Part shown: piece after piece, positions 1-8,656 of the stretch | Layout: each line of letters begins with the position of its first letter | Position numbering within the stretch: the first letter of the stretch is position 1 | IMG/VR virus record: IMGVR_UViG_3300045988_073749 | Reading direction: 5' to 3' (one strand) | DNA: 52,215 nt | Source: a virus | The notes under the pieces: generated by a model | What the model saw: the letters and a program-made list of their open reading frames with translations, nothing else | Database searches by the model: none | Told to the model about the DNA's origin: nothing | Program-made: the position numbers and the translations under genes

Positions 1-77
1 TTTCTCCAGGGTAGCTTCCGCAACCGCGATGTCCGCCTCCTTCGAGGCGATGGAACGGAGGCGCCGCTCCTTGTACT
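1..77. repeat. 77-nt terminal duplication, identical to 52139..52215 (contig closure overlap)
   Basis: tttctccagggtagcttccgcaacc...ccgctccttgtact read at both ends. Confidence 0.95.
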
Positions 78-2784
78 CCAGGTCTTCCAGAGCGCCGAGG
101 GGGTCTCCGATCTCATCAATGGCGGCCTTTGCCTGATCGACAGCCGCCTTGAGCTCATCATAGCGCTTGCGGCACTCCGCCTTCTTGGCCTCAAGCTCCT
201 CCATCATTCCGGGTAGCGCTCGCTTGGATTCCACAGCAGAGGCCAGGAACTTGCAGGTCGCGGTGTCCGGCACCGGACACCCGCTGTCATCCAGTCTCGC
301 GGCTTCATCGGTCGCCCGCTGGATTTCAGCCTCGCGAGCCCGGATGTCCGACTTGGCCTCCTGGAGGTATCTATCACAGGCTGCCTTTGCCTCCTGATAT
401 GCTGCGGTAGCCTTCTCCAACTCTGCGAGGCGCTGGCGAATCGTCTCCTTCTTGGTGATGATCTCCTCCAGTTCGTTCTTCGCATGAACGATTTCATCCT
501 TCTTGGAGAGGATGGCCTCGTTGCGGGCCTTCTCGCTCGCAAGACGCTGCGCCTTCTCATCAGAGGTCACCAGATCGCTTGTGGCGCGGGCCCGGTCCTT
601 GACCAGGTCCTTGTCCCTCTCGACATCAGGGGCGTGCTGCTGCATGATCTCCCTGGCCGCCTTGACCCTATCCGCTGCCCTGGCTGCGTCCTCCAGGCCG
701 TCAGCGGCCGCCTCTGCCTCGGAGTGCTGCTTCTCCAGGTCCAGGTATTCGGAGGCCTTGTCGGCCGCCTGGAGGCGGCACTCCTGGGCCTGCCGCTTCT
801 TCTCCTCGGCCTGCCGGGCGATCTCCTTGCGTAGGGCCTCGGCCGTCTCTGCCTCACGGAGGTCCGCCTCCAGGTCCTTGACGAACTTCTCGACGTCGGC
901 CACCTGATCGGCAAGCTCGGCGTCTTCGCTCTCGATGCCCGCCTTCTGCTGGATAGTCTCATCGAGGATAGCGCTGCGCTCCCGGATGGCCGCCAGCTTC
1001 CGGCGCTGCTCCGTGGCCCCGGCCTTCGCCAGGTCCTCCATCCGGCCGTAGACGTCCAGGCCCAGGAGGGCAGACAGAACGGCCATGCGCTGATCGCTTC
1101 CGGCTTCCAGGAAAAGCCCGTAGGCGTCCTGCCGGATAAGTGCGATGGAGCAGAAGGTCGTGCAGTCCATTCCGAGAAGCCGCTCGATGCGGGCCTGGGT
1201 GAGCTTCATGGTGGTATCGCTTTCATCGGCCCAGGCCTGGCCGTCCGCGTCCCAACGCTGGAGCGCCAGGGTTCCGCGCCCGCTCTTGGTTCTGGTGCGG
1301 ATGACCCGGTAGTCCTGGCCGCCCAGGCCGAAGGTGAAGGTGATGCTGCCGCTCTTGGTGCCGTCCCGGACCCATCCGCCGATGTCCTCCTTGCGGGTCT
1401 GCTCGTACAGGCAATCGGCCAGGGCGTCCATGAACAGACTGGACTTACCTACGCCGTTCGGGCCGTTGACCATCGCCATGTGAACCGGCTCGAAGTCGAA
1501 GGTCGCTGCCGTGTAGCTGCGGTAGTTCTTGACCTCGATGGAGCGCGGGAAAAACGCTCCGGTATGCTTGCTGTCTCCGCGCCCGTCGTCCGCCTGCTTG
1601 ATGATCGGAGCGGCCAGCTCCTCAAGTCTGGCGGCCTTGTCCGGCTCCACGCCGTTGGTCTCCAGCCAGCGGGCCAGACACTCGGCCGGTCCGTCGTGCT
1701 CCGTGAGCTGGTCCTTTGTGTCCAGCTCCTCCACGTCCTCCGGCATAACCTCTGCGACGTAGAAGGCTCCAGCCTGCATCAGGTACTTTTGGAGCTCTGC
1801 CCGGTTGAAGGCCTTGTCCTGTTCGGCGGTACAGGAATACCGGACCCGAACAACGGCATCAGAGATCCCGTCCGGCGTCGGCGCCACTCCGCCGGTGATG
1901 AAGGAGGAGACGTCCTCCGGCGACAGGCGCAGGGTGAAGTGCTTCCGCTCCGGCGTCACAGCGAACTCGCTGGAGACCTGCCCGTCGATAGTGTGAATGT
2001 AAAAGCCGTGCTCCGTCCCCTCGTCGTTGAAGGTGAGCTGATTGACGGAACCGCAATAGAAGGCCGGTGTCTGGCACACAAGCCGCTGCGGCTTGTGGAT
2101 GTGCCCAAAACAGGCGAGGTCCACGCCCATGGCGTCGATGGTAGCCGGAAGCACTACGACATCCTGGCCCGCCAGGAATGTGGAGCCGTTGTCCGCCTCG
2201 CTGCCGCTTACCGTGTAGTGAGCCACCAGGACGGACGGCTTCGACTTGTCCAGCTCCGTGGACAGGCCCAGCATGACGTCGTTGATAAGCGCCGTGGCGT
2301 TCCGGTTCTCTGTCTCCTTATCCACCCCGGGGCAGAAAAGGCGGAGACGGGCCTTGTCGAAGCCGGGGACCGCTACGATCTGGACCGGCCCGTTGCTGGT
2401 GGTGATCTCCTCAACCTTCGGCTCTGTGTAGATATGCAGATTCTTGAGGTCCTGGGTGGCTCGCTTGATGAGCTCGAATGCCCTGGGGTTGTCGTGGTTC
2501 ATGGTGCCGAACAGTAGCACCACGGCGTCGCTGCACTTGCACAGCGGGATGATAAACTTCTCCAGGGCGTCGTTGACGTCCTCCAGGGCGGTGTCCGCCC
2601 AGACGCGGGACCGGTTGAACAGGTCTCCCGCGATGATGGTCACGTCAGGCTCCTCCAGGAAGGCCCGGTAGTAGACCTCCTGCATACACCTGATGGTGTC
2701 TGCCCTGCGAAGGTTCTGGCCGTCCTTGGTGGGACCGGCCAGGTCCCCGAGGTGAATGTCTCCGGTATGCAGAATCTTAATCAT
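1..2784 (-). CDS. SbcD/Mre11-like nuclease fused in frame to SbcC/Rad50-like ATPase, first 928 codons. The ORF leaves the window start and continues at 52215..51143 through the circular junction, ~1259 aa in total.
   Basis: Own translation from ATG 2784: MIKILHTGDIHLG, IIAGDLFN, GTMNHD, GHIH phosphoesterase motifs. Then, with no stop: ...AFFPRSIEVKNYRSY...VNGPNGVGKS (Walker A, ~1441-1479) and a long coiled coil. Missing from the ORF track because it has no in-window stop. Confidence 0.85.
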   Translation of the reverse strand, partial: MIKILHTGDIHLGDLAGPTKDGQNLRRADTIRCMQEVYYRAFLEEPDVTIIAGDLFNRSRVWADTALEDVNDALEKFIIPLCKCSDAVVLLFGTMNHDNPRAFELIKRATQDLKNLHIYTEPKVEEITTSNGPVQIVAVPGFDKARLRLFCPGVDKETENRNATALINDVMLGLSTELDKSKPSVLVAHYTVSGSEADNGSTFLAGQDVVVLPATIDAMGVDLACFGHIHKPQRLVCQTPAFYCGSVNQLTFNDEGTEHGFYIHTIDGQVSSEFAVTPERKHFTLRLSPEDVSSFITGGVAPTPDGISDAVVRVRYSCTAEQDKAFNRAELQKYLMQAGAFYVAEVMPEDVEELDTKDQLTEHDGPAECLARWLETNGVEPDKAARLEELAAPIIKQADDGRGDSKHTGAFFPRSIEVKNYRSYTAATFDFEPVHMAMVNGPNGVGKSSLFMDALADCLYEQTRKEDIGGWVRDGTKSGSITFTFGLGGQDYRVIRTRTKSGRGTLALQRWDADGQAWADESDTTMKLTQARIERLLGMDCTTFCSIALIRQDAYGLFLEAGSDQRMAVLSALLGLDVYGRMEDLAKAGATEQRRKLAAIRERSAILDETIQQKAGIESEDAELADQVADVEKFVKDLEADLREAETAEALRKEIARQAEEKKRQAQECRLQAADKASEYLDLEKQHSEAEAAADGLEDAARAADRVKAAREIMQQHAPDVERDKDLVKDRARATSDLVTSDEKAQRLASEKARNEAILSKKDEIVHAKNELEEIITKKETIRQRLAELEKATAAYQEAKAACDRYLQEAKSDIRAREAEIQRATDEAARLDDSGCPVPDTATCKFLASAVESKRALPGMMEELEAKKAECRKRYDELKAAVDQAKAAIDEIGDPLGALEDLEYKERRLRSIASKEADIAVAEATLEK

Positions 2785-2929
2785 TGACCTTCGCCTCCTC
2801 GTCCTCTTTCTTCTGCGCCCTGGCCCCGTCCAGGTAGGCGGCCCAATAACGGCAGTCGCCGCCGTCCGGTTCCCGGCTCTCCTCAATCAGTCTCTTTTCG
2901 GCGAAAGAGATCACAGTCTCGTTCTTCAT
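2777..2929 (-). CDS. Small hypothetical protein (50 aa, MKNETVISFAEKRLIEESREPDGG...)
   Basis: ATGA overlap with the stop of the upstream gene at 2929-2931; overlaps the sbcD-like start by 8 nt; internal start of track ORF 2777..3025. Confidence 0.5.
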   Translation of the reverse strand: MKNETVISFAEKRLIEESREPDGGDCRYWAAYLDGARAQKKEDEEAKVND

Positions 2930-3981
2930 CAGTGGCGGCCTCCCTTCTCGATCTCCTGGCAGGTGGGGCAGAGCACGCGCCCGAAGGTGCGCTGGCTGTA
3001 CGCGGCCACATCCTGCGGTGTCCACGCCCGTCCCTTCCGGGACGTTCCGCCGGTGATCTCCTGGCGGCAGCGCGAGCAGATGATCGGCTCCGGTGCCCCG
3101 ATCGCGGGGCGCTGCGGGGGCGTGCGGTCATCGTAGTCGGCCGGTCCGTAGCCGGGGTTCGAGCTCCAGGTGTCCGGCTCCTCCGGCGGCTCCTCCCACG
3201 GCGCCGCGCCCTGGACCTCATCCTCATAGGCCTCCACGGTCTCGACAGCCTTGGGAGCCTCGATCTGGTGATGTCCGGCCGCCGGTGCCTCGAATAGCAT
3301 CCCCATGGACTGCAAGTAGTTCTGGGCTACGGCCTGCTTGATCTCCGGCGCGTCCAGGTTCGGGACCATGCGGGCCACGACGAAGGGCTTTTTCAGCTCC
3401 TCCAGGGGATAGGTACCAGCAAGGCCCAGGGCGGCGCGGATGGCACGCATGAAGGCTTTGCTCTCCGCCATTGCGGTCCGGTGAGGTAGGAACCGGCGGA
3501 ACTGCTGCCCGTTGGCTCCGTCCTTCATGCTGGCCGCTTCCAGGGTGCAGTCGATCTCCTTAGTGGCCTGCATCAGCCGGAAGCCCCCAGAGGGCTCCGG
3601 CACGCGGATGGTTACGGTGACGGCTACGTCATGGACGTGCGGGCAGTTCCCGCACACCCGGGGCTGTCCGGTCGCCCGGGCCATCTCGATACAGCGCTGG
3701 CACCCCTCGGTTCGACCGGGCTCGGTGCCGACGATGGAGATGTTGGCCGCAGCGGCCAGCTTCATCCCTCCGACCTTCGTGATGGCAAAGGCGTTGCTGG
3801 ACTTCTCGAAGTAGATGTCCTTGCTCGGCCCCTTGTTGCTGCTGTCCTGCCGGGTGTCGAGCAGGACCTCGGAGACGGTGATCCGCTGGAGATTGGACGC
3901 CGCCTGCATAGTGGTGACTGGGACCAGGACGTTGTACCTGTCCTTCGGGTACTTGTTGAGCTGAACGATGTCGTATGCCAT
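2929..3981 (-). CDS. Hypothetical DNA-metabolism protein with Cys clusters and a C-terminal zinc-ribbon (CSRC...CPTC); possible single-strand annealing/DNA-binding protein
   Basis: 350-aa ORF with AAAGGAG RBS, immediately upstream of the SbcCD-like gene; function is guessed from position only. Confidence 0.3.
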   Translation of the reverse strand: MAYDIVQLNKYPKDRYNVLVPVTTMQAASNLQRITVSEVLLDTRQDSSNKGPSKDIYFEKSSNAFAITKVGGMKLAAAANISIVGTEPGRTEGCQRCIEMARATGQPRVCGNCPHVHDVAVTVTIRVPEPSGGFRLMQATKEIDCTLEAASMKDGANGQQFRRFLPHRTAMAESKAFMRAIRAALGLAGTYPLEELKKPFVVARMVPNLDAPEIKQAVAQNYLQSMGMLFEAPAAGHHQIEAPKAVETVEAYEDEVQGAAPWEEPPEEPDTWSSNPGYGPADYDDRTPPQRPAIGAPEPIICSRCRQEITGGTSRKGRAWTPQDVAAYSQRTFGRVLCPTCQEIEKGGRH

Positions 3982-4040
3982 TGATAAAACTCCTTTCGCT
4001 TGACAGGCGGCCGGGAGTATGGTACTATGATGACGGTTAG

Positions 4041-4541
4041 TTATTTCCGCATTTGGCCGCTTCCCGTTGCACCGGGGGCGGCCTTCCCATTTTCCAGGCC
4101 TATGAGTATGATGTCCATGATGGATTGCTCCAGTTGCCGGAGGAACTTGAGGGCGTCCGCGAACTCAACGCGCTCGCTGTCGTCAATGACGCCGTCAAAG
4201 GCGATCTCCTCCAGGCGGTCGGCTACATCCTGTCCATCTGCGATGAGCCGACGGATTCGCAGGGTGGCGTGTGGGAGCTCCAGCTCCCGCGCTTCCTTTC
4301 CCAGCTTCCTTCCGACCGGACAAGTCGCGCAGTAGTGGAGCAGCACCTCCGGCCGCTTGTAGCTCTCCGCGTAGGTTACGGCGTCCTCCGGCTCCATCTC
4401 GATGTCTCCGCGCTCATGCCGCCCGATTGTCTCGGGCGAAAACGGGACCGCAGTTGACGCCGTTCCACGGCTGACATATCCAGCCGCTATTCGTGCCTCT
4501 CGAAGAAATTCGAGGGGCCTTTTTTTCGTTGTGGTTGACAC
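4041..4541 (-). CDS. XRE-type helix-turn-helix transcriptional regulator
   Basis: 166 aa, GTG start preceded by GAAAGGAGGAGG; N-terminal FLREARIAAGYVSRGTAS...SPETIGRHERG resembles an HTH_3 domain. Confidence 0.55.
   Translation of the reverse strand: MSTTTKKRPLEFLREARIAAGYVSRGTASTAVPFSPETIGRHERGDIEMEPEDAVTYAESYKRPEVLLHYCATCPVGRKLGKEARELELPHATLRIRRLIADGQDVADRLEEIAFDGVIDDSERVEFADALKFLRQLEQSIMDIILIGLENGKAAPGATGSGQMRK
4055..4083 (-). promoter_or_regulatory. RNA stem-loop H4 with GUGCAA loop (GGCCGC-CCCCG-GUGCAA-CGGG-AA-GCGGCC on the transcript)
   Basis: Inverted repeat read directly; overlaps the last codons of 4041..4541; no U-tract follows. Confidence 0.5.
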
Positions 4542-4589
4542 GCTGTTCCTCCTCCTTTCTGGGTATAATGGGGATGGTAGAGGGGGAAC

Positions 4590-5696
4590 TCACTCGGCCG
4601 GGGCAATCGCCTTGATGCGGCGAGCCGCCCGCATGGCGTTGTCGGTAAGCTGACGCTGCCACGCTCCCTGCGACGGCGCCCACCGGAAGCCCTCGCCCTT
4701 GAGCTCCGACCGCAGATCAGCATCCGGCCGGTCATCGAAGATGATCTGGAGACGGTTGACGCCCTGGTTCACGACGACCTTCCCGCCGTCAAACTCCCAG
4801 CCCTCGTCCGGGTTCTCCTTCTTCTTCTCCAGCTCGGCGATCCGCTGGCGGATTCGCCGGATGTTCGCATTGTTGTTCTGGAGCTGATAGGCCGGGTAGC
4901 CGATGCGGCCGCAGAAGTCGGGTGCCCGGAGCTTGGCGATCTCCTCCTCGGTGTAGCCGAGCTCGGCGAGCTTCGCGTCGCCCGCTTCCTTGTTCTTCAT
5001 GCGGATAGCCGCGTTGGCCGCCTTCATCTCCTCCTGGAGCTCCTCCAGCTTCCGCAGCTTGAGCTTGAGCTTATCCAGGGCCAGGGGGTCATCGGACGAG
5101 ATGCCGCCCGTTCCGACGGACTTGATGCGGCCGATGATGCCGTTGATCTCCTGCCACTCCGCCATGTTCTTATCAGACGCCGCGTTCTGGCGCTCCTTCT
5201 TGCGGACCGGGAAGTTGCTTCCGCCGGAGATCAGCACCGATGGACACATCGTACCGATGCGGTACCCGTCGTTCAGGTTGGCAGCCAGGCGGCGGGAATA
5301 GGAAGCCAGCAGTCCGTCGATCTTCTCATGGTACATGGGGTCCGTGCGCTGCTTCTGACGCTGGGCCACCATGGAGGCCTTGTCCACCTGGAGGCGGTAG
5401 TCCCAGGTCGCGGACCCAGGGACGTACTCGCTGAAGCTCATCATCTCCTTGGCCCGGCGGGCCATGTTCTCGTTGATGGGGTGGTACTCGGGGGACGGGC
5501 CGGGGACCAGGCCGTAGGCGTCCAGGTCACTCCCGGGGAGCTCCTGCTCGAACTCGACGTACCCCCAGAAGCGCTCGGTGAATCCCTCGAACTGCGAGCC
5601 GTTCTGGCCGTAGCTCTCGATGACGTTCGGTGCGGTGGTGGTGGGGTACTCCATGACGCCCTCCGGCGTCTTACGGGTGATGTAGTAGCGGTACAT
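4590..5696 (-). CDS. DUF3560-domain protein with an N-terminal polyvalent-protein-like region
   Basis: C-terminal RLQIIFDDRPDADLRSELKGEGFRWAPSQGAWQRQLTDNA matches my memory of the DUF3560 signature; AAAGGAG RBS. Confidence 0.55.
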   Translation of the reverse strand: MYRYYITRKTPEGVMEYPTTTAPNVIESYGQNGSQFEGFTERFWGYVEFEQELPGSDLDAYGLVPGPSPEYHPINENMARRAKEMMSFSEYVPGSATWDYRLQVDKASMVAQRQKQRTDPMYHEKIDGLLASYSRRLAANLNDGYRIGTMCPSVLISGGSNFPVRKKERQNAASDKNMAEWQEINGIIGRIKSVGTGGISSDDPLALDKLKLKLRKLEELQEEMKAANAAIRMKNKEAGDAKLAELGYTEEEIAKLRAPDFCGRIGYPAYQLQNNNANIRRIRQRIAELEKKKENPDEGWEFDGGKVVVNQGVNRLQIIFDDRPDADLRSELKGEGFRWAPSQGAWQRQLTDNAMRAARRIKAIAPAE

Positions 5697-5721
5697 AGTC
5701 AGTTATCTCCTTTCGTCTGGT

Positions 5722-5737
5722 AGCGGTTGCACCCGCT
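5722..5737 (-). promoter_or_regulatory. RNA stem-loop H3 (AGCGG-GUGCAA-CCGCU)
   Basis: Intergenic, 25 nt upstream of ATG 5696. Confidence 0.5.
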
Positions 5738-5739
5738 CT

Positions 5740-6117
5740 TTACGCTTTGGGGAGCCCCTTGGGCTCCTTGGTCTTGCCTACGAAGCACTTGCCGCAGTAG
5801 GTCCACTCTCCATCCACCTTCGCAAAGGTGGTGTAGGTAGCCCTCCATCGGTCTGCCTCCGGGTCGTACTGGTGGGAATAGGGCTCACCAGCCTGGACCA
5901 GATCGCCGCGCAGCGTGGTCGGCGGGAGGCAGTTGACGAACTCCTCGACGATCTCCTCGTCCACCAGGTCCCCAGGCTTCGCAGCCTTCTCAAAGTCTCC
6001 GACCGCGCTCCAGTCGGCCATGCTCACGCGCCGCGCTTGGTTCTCTTGCCGGGCGCAGTCGCAAACCTCTCCCGGGTCCAGGCGGCTCCCGCAGCGGTCG
6101 CATTCGTGGTAGTACAT
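5740..6117 (-). CDS. Hypothetical protein with N-terminal zinc-ribbon (CDRCG...CDC)
   Basis: 125-aa ORF, RBS AGAAAGGGGAAA 5 nt before the ATG. Confidence 0.55.
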   Translation of the reverse strand: MYYHECDRCGSRLDPGEVCDCARQENQARRVSMADWSAVGDFEKAAKPGDLVDEEIVEEFVNCLPPTTLRGDLVQAGEPYSHQYDPEADRWRATYTTFAKVDGEWTYCGKCFVGKTKEPKGLPKA

Positions 6118-6392
6118 TCTCGTTTCCCCTTTCTGGTTCCAGCCGTCCAGCTCTTGAGCTTCCAGCCGGTGTAGATGAAGATCGCGGCATAGGCCGGGAT
6201 GCAGATTTCTCCGCCGACGGTACCGGCGCGAAGCTGGACGATGTCGATGGTCAGCAGCACCAGCCTTGCCGTTGCCATAGCGGCCAGGGCCAGGACAGAC
6301 ATTCTCGCGTACACCTTGAGCTCCCAGGCCTTCCGCTTGGCCTTCGCCCTCTCCTCGGGCTTGATCTTGATGGTCAGTTCTTTCGTCTCCAT
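6024..6392 (-). CDS. Small membrane protein (two hydrophobic segments); the 3' tail overlaps the next gene by 94 nt
   Basis: METKELTIKIK...VLALAAMATARLVLLTI...ICIPAYAAIFIYTGW; RBS TAAGGAGGG. Confidence 0.5.
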   Translation of the reverse strand: METKELTIKIKPEERAKAKRKAWELKVYARMSVLALAAMATARLVLLTIDIVQLRAGTVGGEICIPAYAAIFIYTGWKLKSWTAGTRKGKRECTTTNATAAGAAWTRERFATAPGKRTKRGA

Positions 6393-6402
6393 GATGCCCT
6401 CC

Positions 6403-6603
6403 TTACGCCATGGCCTCCAGGCCGTAGCGCTTATCGAAGTACCGGCGGCTCACCCGGCCGTCGCAGGTGCAGAACCCGGCGGCCTCCAGCTCCCGGTTGA
6501 GCTGGGCGATGATCTTGTAGCTCTTGCTGCGGGAGTAGCCCAGCAGCCGCATCACATCATCGACGCGGTAGAACAGATCGCGTGCAGTCTTAACCTTCGC
6601 CAT
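6403..6603 (-). CDS. Small MerR/excisionase-type (HTH_17-like) DNA-binding protein
   Basis: MAKVKTARDLFYRVDDVMRLLGYSRSKSYKIIAQLNRELEAAG...; trimmed from track ORF 6403..6936. Confidence 0.55.
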   Translation of the reverse strand: MAKVKTARDLFYRVDDVMRLLGYSRSKSYKIIAQLNRELEAAGFCTCDGRVSRRYFDKRYGLEAMA

Positions 6604-6605
6604 AC

Positions 6606-6827
6606 TCACGCCTCCATTCTCATGCGTTCCGTGTAGTCCTGCATGAACTTGCGGACGGTGGGGATGAGCTGGTGCCCGGCGCACCGGCCGGTCGTGGTCT
6701 CGACCAGGGTGGTGTATTTGACACCGGACCGCTCCGCCAGCTCTTTCACGGTCATTCCGGTCTGTGCCGTGAAGACCCGGACTTCGATTCCGAAGTCGGT
6801 CTTGGGCTTTACTCGGGTAGTCCTCAT
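6606..6827 (-). CDS. Cro/XRE-like HTH protein
   Basis: ...FTAQTGMTVKELAERSGVKYTTLVE...; ATG 6827 lies 8 nt after AAGGAG. Confidence 0.55.
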   Translation of the reverse strand: MRTTRVKPKTDFGIEVRVFTAQTGMTVKELAERSGVKYTTLVETTTGRCAGHQLIPTVRKFMQDYTERMRMEA

Positions 6828-6880
6828 GGTAATCACTCCTTATTCCTTTGGCTTGTGCTTTTGGCTTGTTGTGTGCTATA

Positions 6881-7093
6881 CTAATACCAGGTGTCTCGAT
6901 ACGGTAGGAAGATGAAGTCCTCCCGAACCGGGTCACACGGTTCGCCGTCGAAGTTGTTCCCCTGCTTGGTGCAGATGTCCGGTTCCCGGTTCTTCCTGGG
7001 GTCTACGTCCACCAGGAGCCGCCCGGTCGCGTCCATATAGACCGGGCGGTCCCAACTGTCTCGGCCTTTGAGCCAGAGGGTCATCTTGCTCAT
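6881..7093 (-). CDS. Hypothetical protein (70 aa)
   Basis: ORF with ATGA-type coupling to the upstream gene. Confidence 0.5.
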   Translation of the reverse strand: MSKMTLWLKGRDSWDRPVYMDATGRLLVDVDPRKNREPDICTKQGNNFDGEPCDPVREDFIFLPYRDTWY

Positions 7094-7791
7094 GCTCCAG
7101 CCCCCAGGGCTTCCCGTGCGGCTTGCCAGCCCAGCTTCGTGGAGGGGTCGAACTCCGTCCCGTCCTTGTAGCCCTTAGCCCGATAGCTGATGTGGTTGTC
7201 GTGGATGCGGCCGAAGGTGCTGGCCTTGCCCATGTCCTTCATGCTGTCGTCCACTTCCTTCGGGACTACCAGGACGAGGCCCCACTCGCGGTTCTCCTCA
7301 TCCTGCTTCTCGAAGGCAGCCTTCACACCCTGAACGAATCCCCATCCGTAGGCGTTGCACTTCTCGCGGTAGGTTCCGGGAGGGTCGGTCGGGTCCTTCT
7401 TGATCTCCCGCTTGATGTAGGACATCACGCAGTCGTAGGCGTACAGGAAGATGCGCTTGGCGATCTCGAAGTCTTCCTCCAGGCCAACCAGGCCGATCTT
7501 CACGGTACGGCTACCGGCGAACTTCTGGGTCCGGTAGGCGCGGCAGCAGTAGTGCGCCGCGATGACCGCAGACAGCGAGCAGGCCCAGGGGTTCGTCATC
7601 GACGTGCAGGTGACGTCCAGCACATCCCGGATGACCTTGGCCTTCTCGGCCTTCTCGATCTCCTCCGGGCGGAGCTTGTGCTCCGCCATGAGCTCCCGGG
7701 CCTTGAGCAGGGCCGCCCGGGCCTCGTTCTCGTTGGGGCTCTCCGCCAGAGCCAGCAGCTTGGCGATCTTGTCCTTGATGTTGGTTGCCAT
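7090..7791 (-). CDS. DUF2786 (+DUF7168-like) domain protein
   Basis: N-terminal IKDKIAKLLALAESPNENEARAALLKARELM is the DUF2786 signature as I remember it. Confidence 0.65.
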   Translation of the reverse strand: MATNIKDKIAKLLALAESPNENEARAALLKARELMAEHKLRPEEIEKAEKAKVIRDVLDVTCTSMTNPWACSLSAVIAAHYCCRAYRTQKFAGSRTVKIGLVGLEEDFEIAKRIFLYAYDCVMSYIKREIKKDPTDPPGTYREKCNAYGWGFVQGVKAAFEKQDEENREWGLVLVVPKEVDDSMKDMGKASTFGRIHDNHISYRAKGYKDGTEFDPSTKLGWQAAREALGAGA

Positions 7792-7797
7792 GGTCAG

Positions 7798-8052
7798 TTA
7801 CCTCCAGTTCGGAATGTGGTCCCCGTAGCCCGCCTTGATGTGGTCATCCAGGACGGCCAGGCCTTCGGGGCACAGGATGTATTTGGTCTTGTCGGTGATG
7901 ATCTCACGCAGTTGCGAGATCGTCGCATCCGGGTGATCTTGGTGGACCATGACGAGAAACCTTTCGGTTGCCACCGTGGAGCCGGAGACCCGGCGCTTCC
8001 GGCCCCGGACGTAATACTCGACGTCCTTGTGGTTCTTGGGGTATCGCGGCAT
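7798..8052 (-). CDS. Hypothetical protein (84 aa)
   Basis: ATG 8052 preceded by GGAGGTG; trimmed from track ORF 7798..8178. Confidence 0.5.
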   Translation of the reverse strand: MPRYPKNHKDVEYYVRGRKRRVSGSTVATERFLVMVHQDHPDATISQLREIITDKTKYILCPEGLAVLDDHIKAGYGDHIPNWR

Positions 8053-8068
8053 CAGGCATCCACCTCCA

Positions 8069-8614
8069 TCAGAAGTTGTAGTCATAGAACTCCCTGCGGC
8101 CCTTCGTAAGCTGGAGGTTTCCAGGGGTTCCGTAGCTTCCGTACTTCCTGGACCAGCGGAACGTGTAGATCTTCCCATCAGGGTCTTCCTCGTAGGTGTA
8201 GGTTTGGTCCTCCTGGTTGATACAGTGGGCGGCGAACCCTCCCGGAATCCACTCGGGCTTGAAGTTCGGGTCCAAGGTTGCCTTGTCCTGGCGGACGGTC
8301 ACGGTCATGGCCGTCTTCTTGATGACGGTCGCCGCATGGGAATCAGTCCAGAGATGGACGGTTACGCCGTCGCCGATCTGGATGGTAGCCGGGGTGAGGA
8401 TGTGCTCATGCACCCACTGGGCCTTCTCGATGGCCTGGTCGATGCGCTGCTCATAGGTCAGGGGGTACTTGAAGGAGGAGGGCCGCTCGGCAGCCCACAG
8501 GATGTAGTCGAGTTCCTGCCGGAACTCGTAGTTCAGGAGGATGTGCTCGGCGTTGTCGCCGAATCGTCCCTTGACGCTCTCCTCGATGGCGATCTTCAAA
8601 TTTTCCATACTCAT
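8069..8614 (-). CDS. Hypothetical protein (181 aa)
   Basis: ATG 8614 preceded by GAAAGGAGCTAACC. Confidence 0.55.
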   Translation of the reverse strand: MSMENLKIAIEESVKGRFGDNAEHILLNYEFRQELDYILWAAERPSSFKYPLTYEQRIDQAIEKAQWVHEHILTPATIQIGDGVTVHLWTDSHAATVIKKTAMTVTVRQDKATLDPNFKPEWIPGGFAAHCINQEDQTYTYEEDPDGKIYTFRWSRKYGSYGTPGNLQLTKGRREFYDYNF

Positions 8615-8636
8615 GGTTAGCTCCTTTCGCATTTGG

Positions 8637-8654
8637 CCGCCGTTGCACCGGCGG
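8637..8654 (-). promoter_or_regulatory. RNA stem-loop H2 (CCGCCG-GUGCAA-CGGCGG)
   Basis: Intergenic, 22 nt upstream of ATG 8614. Confidence 0.5.
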
Positions 8655-8656
8655 GT

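Noticed and set aside
1-77. Direct terminal repeats marking physical phage ends
   Set aside because: The 77-nt exact overlap, with an ORF reading through it, is more simply explained as an assembly closure overlap.
160-330. Rad50-type zinc hook in the SbcC-like coiled coil (GCPVPDTATC)
   Set aside because: No canonical CxxC motif is present, so the two Cys may be incidental.
4000-4028. Plus-strand promoter-like sequence, TTGACA-17-TACTAT with a TG extension, antisense to the XRE-like gene
   Set aside because: It is a good match, but no plus-strand gene follows it. It may drive an antisense RNA or be fortuitous, and the sequence alone cannot support it.
6403-6936. 177-aa ORF, and similar 5'-extended track ORFs (39957..41804, 22978..23913, 48027..49085, 12485..13558, 49738..50469)
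   Set aside because: The upstream parts overlap the preceding genes and look like out-of-frame junk. Internal starts with good RBS or ATGA coupling give sensible proteins, so they were trimmed.
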